Of a stretch of DNA of 64,000 bases, positions 39,492 through 47,907 are shown one piece after another. The stretch comes from Corynebacterium sp. (GTDB lineage: Bacteria; Actinomycetota; Actinomycetes; Mycobacteriales; Mycobacteriaceae). The stretch lies in the NCBI GenBank assembly GCA_030530875.1, contig JAUMUD010000002.1, forward strand, positions 62,969-126,968, in the 5' to 3' direction. Both the position numbers and the translations under genes were made by a program. The notes below the pieces were generated by a model. The model saw only the letters and a program-made list of their open reading frames with translations. It was not told the origin of the DNA and made no database searches. Every line of letters starts with the position of its first letter. The first letter of the stretch is position 1.

Positions 39492-40483
39492 TGGCTATCC
39501 TCGTCCTGGGTGGTGCCGGATATATCGGCTCCCATATGGTGGATTATCTCGTTAATAAGACGGATGAGGAGGTCATTGTTGTCGATAACCTGGTCACCGG
39601 GCACCGTGCCGCCGTGCACCCTGATGCCACCTTCTATGAGGGCGATGTGGCCGACCAGGACTTCATGCGTGGAGTCTTCAAGGCGCATGATATTGATGCG
39701 GTCATTCACTTCGCGGCCTACAGCCTTGTGGCTGAGTCCATGGAAAAGCCACTGAAGTATTTTGATAATAATACTGCCGGTATGGTGAAGCTTCTTGAGG
39801 TCATGAATGAGGCCGGTGTGAAGAATATTGTCTTCTCCTCCACGGCTGCTACATATGGTATTCCGGAAGAGATGCCAATCCGTGAGACCACCCCACAGAA
39901 GCCAATTAACCCTTATGGTGAGTCCAAGCTCATGATGGAGACCATCATGAAGTGGGCTGATAAGGCCTATGGGATTCACTATGTGCCACTGCGTTACTTC
40001 AATGTGGCTGGTGCTAAGCCGGACGGTTCCATTGGTGAGGACCACAATCCGGAAACCCACCTGCTGCCAATTGTTCTTCAGGTGGCTGCAGGCAAGCGCG
40101 AAAAGATCTTCATTTTCGGCAATGACTACAACACCCCGGATGGCACCAATGTGCGCGACTATGTGCACCCATTTGACCTTGCCAGCGCCCATATGAAGGC
40201 CGTGGAATACCTGCGTAAGGGTAACCCTTCCACCGCCTTTAACCTTGGTTCGGCCAATGGCTTCTCCAATTTGGAAATTGTGGAGGCTGCCCGCAAGGTG
40301 ACCGGCCACCCAATCCCTGCTGAGCTCTCCGATCGCCGCCCTGGCGACCCAGATACCCTCATTGCCTGCTCTGATAAGGCCCGTGAGGTGCTCGGTTGGA
40401 CCCCTGAGTTCGACACCATGGAGAAAATTATCGCCACTGCTTGGGCATGGCATTCCAGCCACCCAGACGGCTTTAATGACTAA
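39491..40483 (+). CDS. galE: UDP-glucose 4-epimerase
   Basis: [34 protein letters not shown] (YxxxK), [19 protein letters not shown] overlap with galT. Confidence 0.96.
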   Translation: MAILVLGGAGYIGSHMVDYLVNKTDEEVIVVDNLVTGHRAAVHPDATFYEGDVADQDFMRGVFKAHDIDAVIHFAAYSLVAESMEKPLKYFDNNTAGMVKLLEVMNEAGVKNIVFSSTAATYGIPEEMPIRETTPQKPINPYGESKLMMETIMKWADKAYGIHYVPLRYFNVAGAKPDGSIGEDHNPETHLLPIVLQVAAGKREKIFIFGNDYNTPDGTNVRDYVHPFDLASAHMKAVEYLRKGNPSTAFNLGSANGFSNLEIVEAARKVTGHPIPAELSDRRPGDPDTLIACSDKAREVLGWTPEFDTMEKIIATAWAWHSSHPDGFND

Positions 40484-40499
40484 TAAGCACAGAAAGGTC

Positions 40500-40532
40500 G
40501 AACCCGAGGACTCGAAGTCTTCGGGTTCTTTT
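40500..40532. terminator. Terminator after galE (bidirectional)
   Basis: GAACCCGAGGACT-CGA-AGTCTTCGGGTTC-TTTT. Confidence 0.8.
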
Positions 40533-40543
40533 AGTCTTCCACT

Positions 40544-40966
40544 CTATGCGTAATCCGGCTTGCTGTGAAGCATACTCAAAAAGCGCTGCTCAATATCGGG
40601 TCGGTTTGGAATGAGCTGCTGGAAGATATGCAATAGATGTTGGCCATAGACGGCGGTGATGCCAGCATCGGCAACCCAGATATAGACATCCTCCCAGAGG
40701 TCAATGGCGGCATCGTACCACTCGCCAAAGAGATCCACGGCATCCATGCCTTCGATGGGAAGGGCGCGCCAGGCTTTGGTGGGAATGCCTGCCTGGGCAA
40801 GAGCCGTATTGAGCTCATTGGAGTAGTGCACCACATGATCCAAATGCTGCTTGGTGGCAGCATCAAAGGCCCGCGCATTATCGCGGGCGAGGAGAGTCTG
40901 CACTTGGGCGTTATAAGCCTTGAGGGAGCCCGCAAGGAGCTTCATGAGAGCTTTGTGATCCGACAT
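40544..40966 (-). CDS. Hypothetical all-helical protein, possibly ferritin-like four-helix bundle
   Basis: 140 aa ORF, 19 nt downstream of the previous minus-strand gene; amphipathic helices. Fold is inference only. Confidence 0.6.
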   Translation of the reverse strand: MSDHKALMKLLAGSLKAYNAQVQTLLARDNARAFDAATKQHLDHVVHYSNELNTALAQAGIPTKAWRALPIEGMDAVDLFGEWYDAAIDLWEDVYIWVADAGITAVYGQHLLHIFQQLIPNRPDIEQRFLSMLHSKPDYA

Positions 40967-40985
40967 AGCTCAAGTGTAAACGCTT

Positions 40986-41465
40986 TTAGAGCTCGAAGTA
41001 TTCGGGCAGCTTTGCTGTGCCCCCAAGATGGAAGAGGCGAATGAGCGGGCGGGTGCGCAGCGCACGGGTATCAGTTACGGCCGCATCATAGAAGCGGTGC
41101 GTGAGTAGCACGCGGGCCTGGGCTTCGGCGAGAGGTGCCGGAATATTTTTATCCAAGGCGGTGCTAGAGGCGGTGAGGCCAGGAACGGAATCGAGAAGTT
41201 CGCGTTCCTTTTGGATGCGGGCATCAAAGTTTTGGTATTCCAGGCCCACTGCTTCCGCAGCACGAGCCTTGGAGGCAAGTTCCGGGTGGAGTGTAGCAAT
41301 TACTGCCCCGCGGCGATTCAGTGCGGCCTCAAGGGAGGCGCGGGCAGCATCCGTGCGAATATGCAGGCGATGAAGACGCTGGGCAGTAAAATACGCCCAC
41401 AGGATAATGACCACTGCCAGGGCCACAGCGAGCACAATCCATAAGACAGCAGCGGTGGGTAGCAT
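40986..41465 (-). CDS. Membrane-anchored LemA-like protein (resembles N-terminal domain of Rv2609c)
   Basis: N-terminal TM, then TAQRLHRLHIRTDAARASLEAALNRR, RFYDAAVTDTRALR, LGGTAKLPEYFE. Confidence 0.7.
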   Translation of the reverse strand: MLPTAAVLWIVLAVALAVVIILWAYFTAQRLHRLHIRTDAARASLEAALNRRGAVIATLHPELASKARAAEAVGLEYQNFDARIQKERELLDSVPGLTASSTALDKNIPAPLAEAQARVLLTHRFYDAAVTDTRALRTRPLIRLFHLGGTAKLPEYFEL

Positions 41466-41499
41466 AAGAGTCCTTATCCGTGGGCGTTAGAGTGGTGAG

Positions 41500-42774
41500 T
41501 TACTTGCGACCCTCACCAACAGTTTCGAAGAGCTTCTTCATGATTGGGTAAATGATAATCACACCAATACTACCCCATGCAATGCCCTGAAGCTGAAGGG
41601 AGCCAACATTGAGGGTGAGGTTACCGATGCCGGCAATAAGAGCAACGGCAGCGGCAGTAAGGTTCACTGGATTGGTGAAGTCCACCTTATTTTCCTGCCA
41701 GATGCGAATACCCAGCATACCAATCAGGCCGTAGAGCACGATAGTGGCGCCACCGAGCACGCCATTAGGAATAGTAAGAACCAGCGCACCAAACTTAGGC
41801 ACAAAGGCAAGCAGAATAGCGCAGGCAGCAGCAACCCAATAGGCCGCGGTGGAATAGACCTTGGTAGCAGCCATCACACCAATATTTTCAGCATAGGTGG
41901 TGGTACCGGAACCACCGAAACCACCGGCGAGGGTGGTAGCGAGGCCGTCGGCAAGCAGAGCGTCGCCGGCGAGATCATCAAGGTTGCGCTTGGTCATATT
42001 AGACACAGCCTTAACGTGGCCAACATTTTCCGCAATGAGAACAATAATGACAGGAATGGTAATGAATACCACGTTGAGGTGCATGGATGGGTGGTGGAAC
42101 TGTGGGAGACCAATCCAGGCAGCGGAGTTAATGGTTTCGCGGGTGCCCTCAGGAACATTGCCGGTCAGAGCAGCGAAAATCCAGCCCACAATCACACCGA
42201 TAAGAATGGAGAGGCGGTTAATCATGCCGCGACCAATCACGGTGCAGAGAATAATCACAAGAAGGGTGACACCAGCAACCAGTGGCTGCTTTTGGAAATC
42301 AGAGGTGGCCGCACCAGCAAGGTTAAGACCAATGAAAGCAACAATGGCACCGGAAACCACGGGTGGCAGAACCGCATCAAGGACGCGTCGGCCAGCAATT
42401 TTAACAATAATACCGACAATCAAAAGCGCAATACCGGCAGCCAACACACCACCGACCTGAGCATTAATACCCTGCGCCTGAGAGGCCGTGAGAGGCGCAA
42501 TGAAGGCGAAGGAGGAGCCCAGATAGGAGGGGAGGCGGTTGCGGGTAATGAGCAGGAAGAGAATCGTGCCGATACCGGAGAACAGCAGCGTGGTATTAAC
42601 CGGGAATCCGGTCAAGGTAGGCACAAGAAGGGTCGCACCAAACATTGCTACAACATGCTGTAGACCAATGCCAATGGTGCGACCCCAACTCAGTCGTTCT
42701 TCTGGTGCAACAACGGCACCAGGTTTAATGTGTTTGCCGTCACCGTGGACGGTCCATCCCCAAGAATTACTCAT
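41500..42774 (-). CDS. uraA: Uracil/xanthine permease (NCS2 family)
   Basis: QHVVAMFGAT, PSYLGSSFAFI, AENVGHVKAV, TTYAENIGV. Confidence 0.92.
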   Translation of the reverse strand: MSNSWGWTVHGDGKHIKPGAVVAPEERLSWGRTIGIGLQHVVAMFGATLLVPTLTGFPVNTTLLFSGIGTILFLLITRNRLPSYLGSSFAFIAPLTASQAQGINAQVGGVLAAGIALLIVGIIVKIAGRRVLDAVLPPVVSGAIVAFIGLNLAGAATSDFQKQPLVAGVTLLVIILCTVIGRGMINRLSILIGVIVGWIFAALTGNVPEGTRETINSAAWIGLPQFHHPSMHLNVVFITIPVIIVLIAENVGHVKAVSNMTKRNLDDLAGDALLADGLATTLAGGFGGSGTTTYAENIGVMAATKVYSTAAYWVAAACAILLAFVPKFGALVLTIPNGVLGGATIVLYGLIGMLGIRIWQENKVDFTNPVNLTAAAVALIAGIGNLTLNVGSLQLQGIAWGSIGVIIIYPIMKKLFETVGEGRK

Positions 42775-42785
42775 GACCCCCAATA

Positions 42786-44210
42786 CTATTGAGAAGTCAT
42801 GCCTTCATGCAAATAAGATTGGTATTTCTGCGCAAGTTCCTGTGGAAGACGAATATCAAGTACAGTGCCTTCATTTATATGTTCTTCTTTGAGCACAGTG
42901 CCCTTCTCATGAAGCTCCGCAACGATACGTCCTTCAGAATAAGGAATGAGCAACTGCACGTGGGCATCGCGCTCATTGAGGAAGAGTTCGACGCGCGCCT
43001 CAAGTTCCTCAATGCCTTCGCCGGTTTTAGCAGAGACAAAGACCACATCATCTAAGTAGTGCCTGAGTTCTGCTAGTACCAGTTCATCGGCGGCATCCAC
43101 CTTATTCACCACAATAATTTCGGCCGGTGCTTCCGCCTTGGTTTCGCGAACAATATCGGTAATGACATTATTCACGGCCTCGATCTGCTTGAGCGGGAAT
43201 GGGTCGGAGCCATCCACCACGTGGAGCACCAGGTCGGCCTCAATGACCTCCTCCAGGGTGGAACGGAAGGCTTCCACAAGCTGGGTAGGCAGGTGGCGCA
43301 CAAAACCGACGGTATCAGTGAAGGTCACTGCCCTGCCGTCCTTGAGGTTCACGCGGCGGGTGGTTGGGTCCAGGGTGGCGAAGAGGGCGTCCTCAACCAG
43401 CACACCAGCACCGGTCATGGCATTAATCAAGGAGGACTTGCCAGCATTGGTATAGCCGGCAATGGCGACCTGGGCAATGGCGGATTCTTTACGCTGGGAG
43501 CGCTTAACCTCACGGGCAGTCTTCATATGGGCAATTTCCTTGCGGAGCTTTGCCATATCGGAGCGAAGACGGCGCCTATCAGCCTCAATCTTGGTTTCAC
43601 CAGGACCACGAAGACCCACACCACCATTGGAACCGGCACGACCACCGGCCTGACGGGACAGCGCACCGCCCCAACCACGCACGCGGGTAATGAGGTATTC
43701 CATCTGTGCCAGGGAGACCTGGGCCTTACCTTCCTTGGACTTGGCATGCTGGGCAAAGATATCAAGGATGAGCATGGTGCGGTCAATCACCTTAACATCC
43801 AGCGCCTTTTCCAGGGCAATCATCTGGCCGGGGCTAAGCTCACCATCGCAGACCACAGTATCGGCGCCGGTGGCCTGCACAATATCTTTGAGCTCCTGGA
43901 CCTTACCGGAACCAATATAGGTACCAGCATCAGGCTTATCGCGCTTCTGGTAGAGAGTCTCCAGCACCTCGGAACCGGCAGTTTCGGCCAGTGCTCGGAG
44001 CTCGGTCAGATTGGCTTCAATCTCCGCCACGGTACCGCTGGTCCACACACCAACGAGGATAACTTTCTCCAGGCGGAGCTTACGATACTCAACATCATAG
44101 CCATCGGACTGTTCAGTATCGTGGATATTTAAACGACGAAGTCGGGAGCGCGACTCGAGGTCGAGCTCACCGACTGTTGGTTCGTGTACGTATAATTCGC
44201 GTTCAGTCAT
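42786..44210 (-). CDS. hflX: Ribosome-splitting GTPase HflX
   Basis: GPGETKIEADRR, GYTNAGKSS (G1), LFATLD, DTVGF, NKVD. Confidence 0.96.
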   Translation of the reverse strand: MTERELYVHEPTVGELDLESRSRLRRLNIHDTEQSDGYDVEYRKLRLEKVILVGVWTSGTVAEIEANLTELRALAETAGSEVLETLYQKRDKPDAGTYIGSGKVQELKDIVQATGADTVVCDGELSPGQMIALEKALDVKVIDRTMLILDIFAQHAKSKEGKAQVSLAQMEYLITRVRGWGGALSRQAGGRAGSNGGVGLRGPGETKIEADRRRLRSDMAKLRKEIAHMKTAREVKRSQRKESAIAQVAIAGYTNAGKSSLINAMTGAGVLVEDALFATLDPTTRRVNLKDGRAVTFTDTVGFVRHLPTQLVEAFRSTLEEVIEADLVLHVVDGSDPFPLKQIEAVNNVITDIVRETKAEAPAEIIVVNKVDAADELVLAELRHYLDDVVFVSAKTGEGIEELEARVELFLNERDAHVQLLIPYSEGRIVAELHEKGTVLKEEHINEGTVLDIRLPQELAQKYQSYLHEGMTSQ

Positions 44211-44544
44211 TACTGACTAGTGTAGGGTGAAGCGACAACACCTTCAAGCCGCGTCCCAGCGGGGCCGCAGCCGGATTGTGAATACTTGCATTTTCATCGC
44301 GATGATCACAATCAGAGGCGCAACTACCACAGGCCCCCGCGCAGACACTTTCCACGCGGGCATCCAGCTTACCCAGGCGCGCAAGGTGCTCAAGGACTAT
44401 AGCCACGGTGCCGTCGCTAAGCCCAGTGCGGGCGGCGATCATGTCTTTGGTATTGGCACCATTGGCGATAGCCTCAAGGACTGCAGCCATGGGGCGCGAG
44501 GAGCGTTCGGGGTGCTCAGGGGTGCGGTTTTTGCGAAAAAACAT
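44203..44544 (-). CDS. FeoC-like winged-helix protein with Cys cluster
   Basis: Starts 2 nt after the feoB stop. HTH-like IAARTGLSDGTVAIVLEHLARLGKL, then CAGACGSCASDC. Confidence 0.7.
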   Translation of the reverse strand: MFFRKNRTPEHPERSSRPMAAVLEAIANGANTKDMIAARTGLSDGTVAIVLEHLARLGKLDARVESVCAGACGSCASDCDHRDENASIHNPAAAPLGRGLKVLSLHPTLVSND

Positions 44545-44546
44545 GA

Positions 44547-46499
44547 TTAGAACCAAATCTTGAGAACATTGAAGACAATAACGGCAAGAACCCAGGCGAT
44601 GCCCAACTGAATAATCACACCCATAGCTGTCCACTTGCCGCCAATCTCACGGCGCTGGGCACCGAGGGTGGCCACGCACGGGGTGTAGGCGAGCAGGAAG
44701 ATCATGAAAGCCCAGACAGCGGCAATGGTGTGATCATTGGAAGCTGCGGCGAAATCCTGACGGACATTCTGGGCCAGTGGGCTCTCAGCCTGGGTCGTGG
44801 AATCATCATCGGTCACATCATCCACAGCATAGGTCTGTGCCCAGGAGGAAATCACGGCCTCCTTGGCCACAAAGCCGGTAATCAGGGTGCCGGTCAGCGT
44901 GCCCTTGCCAAAACCTGCTGGCTCGAAGACTGGGGCGATGGTTTCAGAAATGCGACCGTAGACGGAATCCTCAAATGGCATATCCTCATCGGCGAAGCCA
45001 TAGCCGCTAACCACTGGGACGGACTGAAGGATGAAGACTGCGGCCACGGTGACAACAATGATGCCACCGGCGGTCTGCAGGAAGCCCTTGAGGCGAACCC
45101 ACATAACGGAGAGCGCAAGGCGTGGGCCAGGAACCTGGTAGATAGGAAGGTCAATAACCAGTGGCTCAAAGCCAGCGTGACGCCACAGGGTGGCGCGCAT
45201 GAGCAGACCGGCAATAATGACCATGGCCACGGAAATCACATACATGGCAAAGACCACGGTACCGGCGTGTCCTGGGAAGAAGGTGGCCGAAAGCATCACG
45301 AACACGGTCAGACGGGCCGAGCAGGAAGTAAATGGAATCAGAAGGGCTGTGAGCAGACGGTGCTGTGGCTTGCCCAGCACACGGGTCGAGGAAATAGCTG
45401 GCACATTGCAGCCAAAGCCCACAATCAGTGGGATAAAGGCCTTACCAGGAAGACCGATGGTCTTCATCAGACGATCAGTCACCACTGCCGCGCGGGCCAT
45501 ATAGCCGGAATCCTCCAGGAAGGCCAGGCACAGGAACATCAGCGCCATCAGTGGGGCGAAGGTCAAAACCGTACCCACACCGCCAATGAGGCCATCAACA
45601 ATCAGACCCTTCAAAATGGCATGGTCACCAATCAGACCAGCCACAAAATCTGAAATTGGGCCGCTAAAGAGATTATCCAACCCATCCTGGAATGGCTTAG
45701 CCACAGTGGTCGTAATCTGGAAGACAATCCACATCACAAATAGGAAGAGAAAAGGACCAAGCACTGGATGCAGTGCGAAACGGTCAATCTTCTCTGTGAG
45801 GGTGGCCTTTGGCGGCTCCACATGATGTACGGAGGCCTCAATGCCACGCTCAACCCAGTCAAAGCGGGAATCAGCAATGGCCACATCATCATTGGCTTGC
45901 TCCCCGTGGGCGCGGGCACGACGGCGGCGTGGCTCGGTGCCAAGCTGCTCAATCACAGTCTCACCCACAACCTTGAGGTTACTGCGGTGACGTGGGTCAA
46001 CAATCACAACAGGGGCGTTGATGAAGGCCGAAAGTGCCTCAGCATCAATTTCCTTGCCCTGGCTGCGCGCCACATCGGCCTTGGTAATCACCACAACCAT
46101 GCGGAAGCGGCTCTCGGCCAACTGCGCAACCATGTAGAGCGAGCGGCTAATCGAGGCCGCATCGACCGCGACCATGACCAGGTCCGGGCGCTCTTCTACC
46201 CCACAATCAATCACAAGATCGCGGGTGAGCTGCTCATCCGGGCTCACTGGGTCCAGGGAATAAGCACCTGGGAAGTCAATGACGTCAAATTCACGCTCCC
46301 CAACATTCCATGCACCGCGGGACACGGCCACGGTGGTGCCTGGCCAGTTACCCATGGCTGCCTTTGCGCCGGTCAGACCATTAAAAAGCGTGGATTTACC
46401 AGCATTTGGCGCGCCAACCAGGGCAATAACTGGGGAACCCGGCTTCGCCTGCTTGGTTTTAGTTTCGCAATGACAGGTTGTCGTCGCTGCCTTGGCCAT
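44547..46499 (-). CDS. feoB: Ferrous iron transporter FeoB
   Basis: GAPNAGKSTLFN, GNWPGTTV, DFPGAYSL, LEDSGYMARAA, GFGCNVPA, PFTSCSAR, LAYTPCVAT. Confidence 0.96.
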   Translation of the reverse strand: MAKAATTTCHCETKTKQAKPGSPVIALVGAPNAGKSTLFNGLTGAKAAMGNWPGTTVAVSRGAWNVGEREFDVIDFPGAYSLDPVSPDEQLTRDLVIDCGVEERPDLVMVAVDAASISRSLYMVAQLAESRFRMVVVITKADVARSQGKEIDAEALSAFINAPVVIVDPRHRSNLKVVGETVIEQLGTEPRRRRARAHGEQANDDVAIADSRFDWVERGIEASVHHVEPPKATLTEKIDRFALHPVLGPFLFLFVMWIVFQITTTVAKPFQDGLDNLFSGPISDFVAGLIGDHAILKGLIVDGLIGGVGTVLTFAPLMALMFLCLAFLEDSGYMARAAVVTDRLMKTIGLPGKAFIPLIVGFGCNVPAISSTRVLGKPQHRLLTALLIPFTSCSARLTVFVMLSATFFPGHAGTVVFAMYVISVAMVIIAGLLMRATLWRHAGFEPLVIDLPIYQVPGPRLALSVMWVRLKGFLQTAGGIIVVTVAAVFILQSVPVVSGYGFADEDMPFEDSVYGRISETIAPVFEPAGFGKGTLTGTLITGFVAKEAVISSWAQTYAVDDVTDDDSTTQAESPLAQNVRQDFAAASNDHTIAAVWAFMIFLLAYTPCVATLGAQRREIGGKWTAMGVIIQLGIAWVLAVIVFNVLKIWF

Positions 46500-46756
46500 T
46501 AGTGTGCACCTTCCTTCACTTCAACGAAAATGAGCTTTGCTGTTTTCTTATCCACGGCGTAGCGGGTCTGGTCAATCTTGACTACACGGCCACCAGCACT
46601 GGTGCGCATAATCGTGGTGACCTCACTACCCACACGCAAGCCCAATTCACGAAGACGTCGGTTCATCTCTGGGCTAAAGGCGTGCTCTTGCACGGCGGTA
46701 ATCACGCCGAACTGCCCCTTTGGCAAGTCGGCGAGGGCAATCTCTGATGAGACCAT
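46499..46756 (-). CDS. feoA: Ferrous iron transport protein FeoA
   Basis: LADLPKGQFGVI, RRLRELGLRVGSEVT, RYAVDK. TAATG overlap with feoB. Alternative in-frame start at 46834. Confidence 0.88.
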   Translation of the reverse strand: MVSSEIALADLPKGQFGVITAVQEHAFSPEMNRRLRELGLRVGSEVTTIMRTSAGGRVVKIDQTRYAVDKKTAKLIFVEVKEGAH

Positions 46757-46863
46757 GGGTACTGCTCCAAAAGCTAAAAATCCAAATAGGAAAATATAAA
46801 CAAATACATAGCCCCTGTCGGCTATGTGCACCATAGTACTCCCTAAGTTTGCATATATTTACC

Positions 46864-46882
46864 TAATCATTGGCTACACTAA
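46864..46882. promoter_or_regulatory. Candidate DtxR box upstream of feoA
   Basis: TAATCATTGGCTACACTAA, about 13/19 match to TWAGGTWAGSCTWACCTWA, upstream of an iron-uptake operon. Confidence 0.5.
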
Positions 46883-47102
46883 GTTATGCAACCACACTAC
46901 CAGCACAATCACCCCAAACTATTCGATAAATTTCCAAGAAAAAACTTCAAAAAGCACACCTCAATGCCCCAATTATGCGAATTTTGCGACCCGAAAATCA
47001 CAACTTTTTGCATAAACACGCCACAGCGCACCACACGTACACCACCCCAATACGCCTTTAGGTGGATACCAATTTTCCGCAAACCGATTAATATATAAAA
47101 CT

Positions 47103-47825
47103 ATGAGTTCCGAATCTGATCTTCGTAGTATCGGCATGGACTACCCTTCCTGGCAGGAAGCTGTCGATGCCGCGATTGCCTCCAATAGGCTTGCTGTCGT
47201 GGGCGAACTTGGCGCCGGCCAGCTCGTTCAGTTCCGCGATCCTAGTGGCGCGCAAATCATCATTGTTGCCGCTGAACCTTATGCGGTTTTTGCTGGTTTC
47301 TTCCCTACTGGCAACCTTCAGGCGGTTACCGCCCATATCCACATGATTGACCGCATCCGCGGCCGCCTGGATATCCTTGATGGTCAAGGCAATGTCATTG
47401 ACTCCATTGAGGCCAATATTGCTCAGGGTCCACTGCTCGCCGATGAGAAGTACCAGCAAGTCTACCTCACCCTTCTCGCCCATGAAGACCCACAGGGCGA
47501 TCACAAGGTCGTTGTGGAATCCGCCCGCTATGCCACCAATCAGACCTCCGGTCAGCGCTACCGCATCATTGAGGTCTCTGAACCTGACCTCTACACTGTG
47601 GTTCTCCCGGATGGCGATCTCCCAATGCAGGGCGATGAGCTCACCCTCTCCGGTACCCTCTCCGGCGTAGTCGTCCCGCCACCAAGCTGTGGCGACGGCG
47701 GCGGTTGCGGCTGCGGTGGCGGTGGCTGTGGCGGCCACGGCCATGCCGAAGAAGCCGAGGCCAAGGATGAAGAAAAGCCTGCCGGCGGCTGTGGCGGCGG
47801 CTGCGGTGGTTGCGGCGGCCACTAA
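47103..47825 (+). CDS. Conserved corynebacterial hypothetical protein with Gly/Cys/His-rich C-terminal tail
   Basis: DLRSIGMDYPSWQEAVDAAI...QFRDPSGA resembles the ORF usually found between hflX and dapF. Tail CGDGGGCGCGGGGCGGHGH...GGCGGGCGGCGGH. Confidence 0.75.
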   Translation: MSSESDLRSIGMDYPSWQEAVDAAIASNRLAVVGELGAGQLVQFRDPSGAQIIIVAAEPYAVFAGFFPTGNLQAVTAHIHMIDRIRGRLDILDGQGNVIDSIEANIAQGPLLADEKYQQVYLTLLAHEDPQGDHKVVVESARYATNQTSGQRYRIIEVSEPDLYTVVLPDGDLPMQGDELTLSGTLSGVVVPPPSCGDGGGCGCGGGGCGGHGHAEEAEAKDEEKPAGGCGGGCGGCGGH

Positions 47826-47846
47826 AGCGCCAAGCGCCCACATTTT

Positions 47847-47898
47847 AACTCCCCACGAGGACTAGCTTCCCACGAAGAATGGTTCCTCATGGGGAGTT
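47847..47898. terminator. Hairpin between convergent genes
   Basis: AACTCCCCACGAGGA...TCCTCATGGGGAGTT, large loop. Confidence 0.55.
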
Positions 47899-47907
47899 TT
47901 GTTATCT

